Of a DNA stretch of 64,000 nucleotides, positions 60,982-64,000 are shown in pieces. This DNA comes from a virus. Position 1 is the stretch's first letter. Each line of letters starts with the position of its first letter. A program made the translations under genes and the position numbers. The notes under the pieces were generated by a model that had not been told where the DNA came from, did no database searches, and worked only from the letters and a program-made list of their open reading frames with translations. The DNA lies in the IMG/VR virus record IMGVR_UViG_3300045988_159113; one strand, written 5' to 3'.

Positions 60982-61773
60982 ATGGTAAAAATCGATGTCG
61001 TGTTTGCTGATCCGAAAGAGATCACTGATGACGAGATGTCTCGTCTTGTTGATGATGAAGTCGTACACTATGAAATAATAGACGGCGGAAGTCTTCGAGG
61101 TATTCCCAAGATGGCAAAGTTGAAGAGCCTGACAGCTGCGAAGAAAACACCATTTGCAGTTGTATACAATCCAGATAAAAGCATCAAGAGGGTCTACTAT
61201 AAGGAAGAACACCAGAAGCCCATATCTAAGATGCTTAGAAATATCGAGTTCGAGAAATACAGAAGGACGGGATTTTATGAAGGAATACCCAGAAATTACA
61301 ATGATGAATTTTTTAAACAGCGGATCATGGAGTTAGAGGTAAACATCAAGAAGTTAGACGAACGTGCAGTATTGCCAAAGTATGAAACAGAAGGAGCTGC
61401 ATGTATGGACTTGGTACCTGTGAGTGTAGAATATAAAGAAGACATCGACTGCTGGGTTTATCATTCCGGTTTAAGCTTCGAGATTCCGGTGGGTTTTTTC
61501 ATGTCGATACAACCACGAAGTAGTAGCAGGAAGAGCGACGCATATATGCCAAACACACCCGGCATAGTGGATGCAGATTTTAGGGGGGAGGTTGTCGCCT
61601 GTTATAAAAACAGAGACCCAAATAACAAAAAGCCACCTTTTGAACTTAATGGTAAGGGTGTGGCTCAAATCATGATCTTACCATATCCTCGTATTATATG
61701 GCGTGAGGTTGATAAACTCACAGATACAGAACGAGGCGTTGGAGGTTTCGGATCAACGGACAATAAATCATGA
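60982..61773 (+). CDS. dut: dUTPase with a ~120-aa N-terminal extension
   Basis: The C-terminal half carries dUTPase motifs: AACMDL, IQPRSSS, GIVDADFRGEV, GFGSTD. I do not recognise the N-terminal 120 aa. Confidence 0.75.
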   Translation: MVKIDVVFADPKEITDDEMSRLVDDEVVHYEIIDGGSLRGIPKMAKLKSLTAAKKTPFAVVYNPDKSIKRVYYKEEHQKPISKMLRNIEFEKYRRTGFYEGIPRNYNDEFFKQRIMELEVNIKKLDERAVLPKYETEGAACMDLVPVSVEYKEDIDCWVYHSGLSFEIPVGFFMSIQPRSSSRKSDAYMPNTPGIVDADFRGEVVACYKNRDPNNKKPPFELNGKGVAQIMILPYPRIIWREVDKLTDTERGVGGFGSTDNKS

Positions 61774-61919
61774 ATATCATAGATCGTTTAGCAGCCGCTA
61801 CTCTCTGCTCTAAGACTAGGGCAGAGAGTGCTTTGAAATCAAGCACAAGCTACGAGGATGCAGTCAAACTTGTCAGATTATTACAAAAACAAGATGCGAT
61901 GAATTTAGACTGTGAATGA
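61770..61919 (+). CDS. hypothetical small protein (49 aa), UBA/TS-N-like helix pattern
   Basis: ATGA-coupled. MNIIDRLAAATLCSKTRAESALKSSTSYEDAVKLVRLL. Below the ORF-track cutoff. Confidence 0.35.
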   Translation: MNIIDRLAAATLCSKTRAESALKSSTSYEDAVKLVRLLQKQDAMNLDCE

Positions 61920-61926
61920 ATAATAT

Positions 61927-62766
61927 GTGAGAAAAATTGTAATTAAGCAGCTGTACACAAATGTTGATGATCAGCTGAGAAGGTATTTTCTGGATATACG
62001 CAGGATACCAGTAATGACTCCGGAAGAGGAGAATGAGCTAATCGCTCGATTGCCTGATCCAGAAGCAAGAGAGAGGTTGATAAATGCGAATCTGAGATTT
62101 GTTGTTAGTATAGCCAAGATTTATCAAGGAAACGGTTTGGAACTCATGGACCTTATCTCCCTAGGAAATCTTGGTCTTTGTAAATCCGTAGAGTATTACA
62201 ACAAAGACTACAACGTTAAATTTCTAAGCTACGCGGGATGGTGGATCAAGCAGGCTATCATTAACGGTTTAAGTGAAGACGTTAAGCCTGTTATAGCTCC
62301 GAATGTTGTAAGGCATGCGTTCAGCAAAATCAAGCGTGTCGTGAACGAGTACTTCGCACAACACGGCACAGAACCGGACCAGGAGTACGTAATGGAACAC
62401 GCAAAGATTACACCCTCTGAATACAACCGGGCTATGATGTGTTTTGTGTCTTTCGCTTCTCTGAGTGATACAGCAGGAAGTGATGAGCATGATAAAAGAG
62501 AGATAGGCGAGACACTGGTTGCGGATGATGCGACTTTTGAAGACGATATGGATAACCAGGGAACAAGTGAAGCAATACGCGACATGATGGCTGATTTACC
62601 TTGGCGTGAAAGGATGATCATCAAATATTCGTTCGGCTTTGATTGTCAGGCATTATCTGTTTCTAAAATCGCTAAGCTCATAAGTATAACACCTGAGAGA
62701 GTGAGACAAATAAAAGCAAAAGTATTGGCAGAATTCAAAGAAAAAATAAGACGCGATGGATTATGA
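61927..62766 (+). CDS. sigma-70 family RNA polymerase sigma factor (copy 2)
   Basis: GTG start. Region 2 reads LINANLRFVVSIAKIY...DLISLGNLGLCKSVEYYN...FLSYAGWWIKQAI. Region 4 reads LPWRERMIIKYSFG...SVSKIAKLISITPERVRQIKAKVL. Confidence 0.8.
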   Translation: MRKIVIKQLYTNVDDQLRRYFLDIRRIPVMTPEEENELIARLPDPEARERLINANLRFVVSIAKIYQGNGLELMDLISLGNLGLCKSVEYYNKDYNVKFLSYAGWWIKQAIINGLSEDVKPVIAPNVVRHAFSKIKRVVNEYFAQHGTEPDQEYVMEHAKITPSEYNRAMMCFVSFASLSDTAGSDEHDKREIGETLVADDATFEDDMDNQGTSEAIRDMMADLPWRERMIIKYSFGFDCQALSVSKIAKLISITPERVRQIKAKVLAEFKEKIRRDGL

Positions 62767-64000
62767 CGTTGGAAATTTATGACCTTCAAGCTTATCCAAA
62801 CTACATTGTTTTTACTGGATATAGGCCAAAGACTGACGAGTGGTTTATCTATAGGATAGGCGAAGGGATTAACGAATACGAGGCTCTCATGGAGCATTTG
62901 GAGAGCGGGCTTTTGATGGTTGGGTTTGATAACATTTACCACGATTGGCAGATTCTACAAAATATGCTCGACTGTCGGAAGATGTTTCAAGGAAGCAATG
63001 GAACCAGTATCTGCGGGCAGATGATGCTAAGGATCGCAGGAATGAAAGACGGGACTATTGAGACAATCCCAGAGTTCAGGTTTACAGTTAGACAGATCGA
63101 CCTATTCCGTATGTGGCACTTGTACAACAAGAACAGGCGTGCAACACTGAATGATATAAAGTTCAGCTGCAGAATGTCGAAGATCTACACGCTGCCGTAT
63201 AGCTACGACTCTTTTATAGCGGATAAGGAACCAGTGGATGCATACAGCAAAAATAACGTCGAAGCTATCCATCGGTTCTTTCTTACTACTATCGGACGAG
63301 ATGATTATCCTATATACAAGGGAATCAACAAAATCGCGTTCCGTGAAGAGTTGAGAAAAGAGTATGGTGTGCAGTGCCTGAATACTGCCGATGCTGTACT
63401 TGGGAAAAAGATGATCCTTGTTTTGTATTCAAAAGCGGTAGGTTTACCTATTTCTGAGATACGAGAAATGAAAACAGCAAGGGATACAATAAACCTTGGG
63501 TCCTGTATTCCTTGGTTCTGTAATGTAAAAACACCAGAGTTTACCAATGTATTGGATACGTGGAAAAAGACAGTGATAAAATCAGACACAGAGAACGATA
63601 TAAAGATTCCCGCAGTTTTTCATGATACTCAGTTTGTTTTTACACTAGGAGGTTTGCACTCAGTAGCCAAACCTGGAATCTATGAATCAGATAATGATTT
63701 CGTGATTATGGACTATGACGTGCAATCCCTGTATCCTTCGCTTGGCAGACTTCTTGAACTCTACCCAGAACATCTTGGCCCAGTCTTTACTAAACTCTAC
63801 TCTAAGTTTCTAGATCTGAAACTTGAAGAAGCAAAGAAAGAGAACCCGGACAAAGCAAAGATCGGACTTCTCAAACTCGTTTTGAATGCTATATATGGAA
63901 ACAGTAATGAGCCAAAATCATTTCTGTATGATCCATTGTACACATACAAAACAACAATATCGGGGCAAATATTCACTGCTATGTGGTGTGAGATGCTGGT
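62763..64000 (+). CDS. family B DNA polymerase (5' part; continues beyond the window)
   Basis: Not in the ORF track because there is no stop in the window. ATG 62763 is ATGA-coupled to the sigma gene, and the frame is open to 64000. Motif A DYDVQSLYPS, motif B KLVLNAIYGNSN. Exo motifs have phi29-like spacing (see findings). Confidence 0.8.
   Translation, partial: MTLEIYDLQAYPNYIVFTGYRPKTDEWFIYRIGEGINEYEALMEHLESGLLMVGFDNIYHDWQILQNMLDCRKMFQGSNGTSICGQMMLRIAGMKDGTIETIPEFRFTVRQIDLFRMWHLYNKNRRATLNDIKFSCRMSKIYTLPYSYDSFIADKEPVDAYSKNNVEAIHRFFLTTIGRDDYPIYKGINKIAFREELRKEYGVQCLNTADAVLGKKMILVLYSKAVGLPISEIREMKTARDTINLGSCIPWFCNVKTPEFTNVLDTWKKTVIKSDTENDIKIPAVFHDTQFVFTLGGLHSVAKPGIYESDNDFVIMDYDVQSLYPSLGRLLELYPEHLGPVFTKLYSKFLDLKLEEAKKENPDKAKIGLLKLVLNAIYGNSNEPKSFLYDPLYTYKTTISGQIFTAMWCEML

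Noticed and set aside
1-64000. Prophage or integration signals (integrase, att repeats, transposase)
   Set aside because: I recognised no recombinase-like motif in any ORF, and I noticed no long direct repeats flanking a module.

Overview
All genes in this window are on the + strand. It is an AT-rich, tightly packed segment (frequent ATGA/TAATG start-stop overlaps) of a large tailed-phage genome.

- 0-30 kb: three tRNAs (Lys-TTT, Leu-TAA, Gln-TTG), a sigma-70-family gene, and a series of tandem paralog families. I label them PF1 (beta-helix repeat proteins, x4), PF2 (x2), PF3 (x3), PF4 (x2), PF5 (x2) and PF6. PF6 has 16 copies with a unit of about 1 kb and fills most of 11.6-29.3 kb.
- 30-39 kb: lysis-type genes (M15 peptidase, PI-PLC-like phosphodiesterase, lipoprotein), then a cluster of ATP-grasp, GATase1-like hydrolase, COOH-NH2 ligase, Ntn-GATase2 and amidoligase genes.
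- 39-64 kb: a replication, recombination and nucleotide module. It holds an SF2 helicase, DnaB-like helicase, Sak4-like ATPase, primase, Hjc-like resolvase, NT5C-like phosphatase, a fused type IIG R-M-S enzyme, a PD-(D/E)XK exonuclease, NrdD/NrdG, an SF1 helicase, dUTPase, a second sigma factor, and a family B DNA polymerase that runs off the window.

Most notable observations:
1. Two conserved genes (endolysin, resolvase) each carry one in-frame TAG in a pattern that looks like amber recoding or readthrough rather than decay.
2. The SF2 helicase P-loop (GFG|KT) is split by a 205-nt ORF-less insert that obeys group I intron boundary rules.
3. The Ntn amidotransferase can only initiate at ATT.
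4. The PolB exonuclease motifs read D-x-Q and Y-x-x-x-N.
5. I cannot assign the 16-copy PF6 family to any known family.

I saw no rRNA, CRISPR array, integrase or transposase. All family assignments rest on motifs read by eye; no searches were run.
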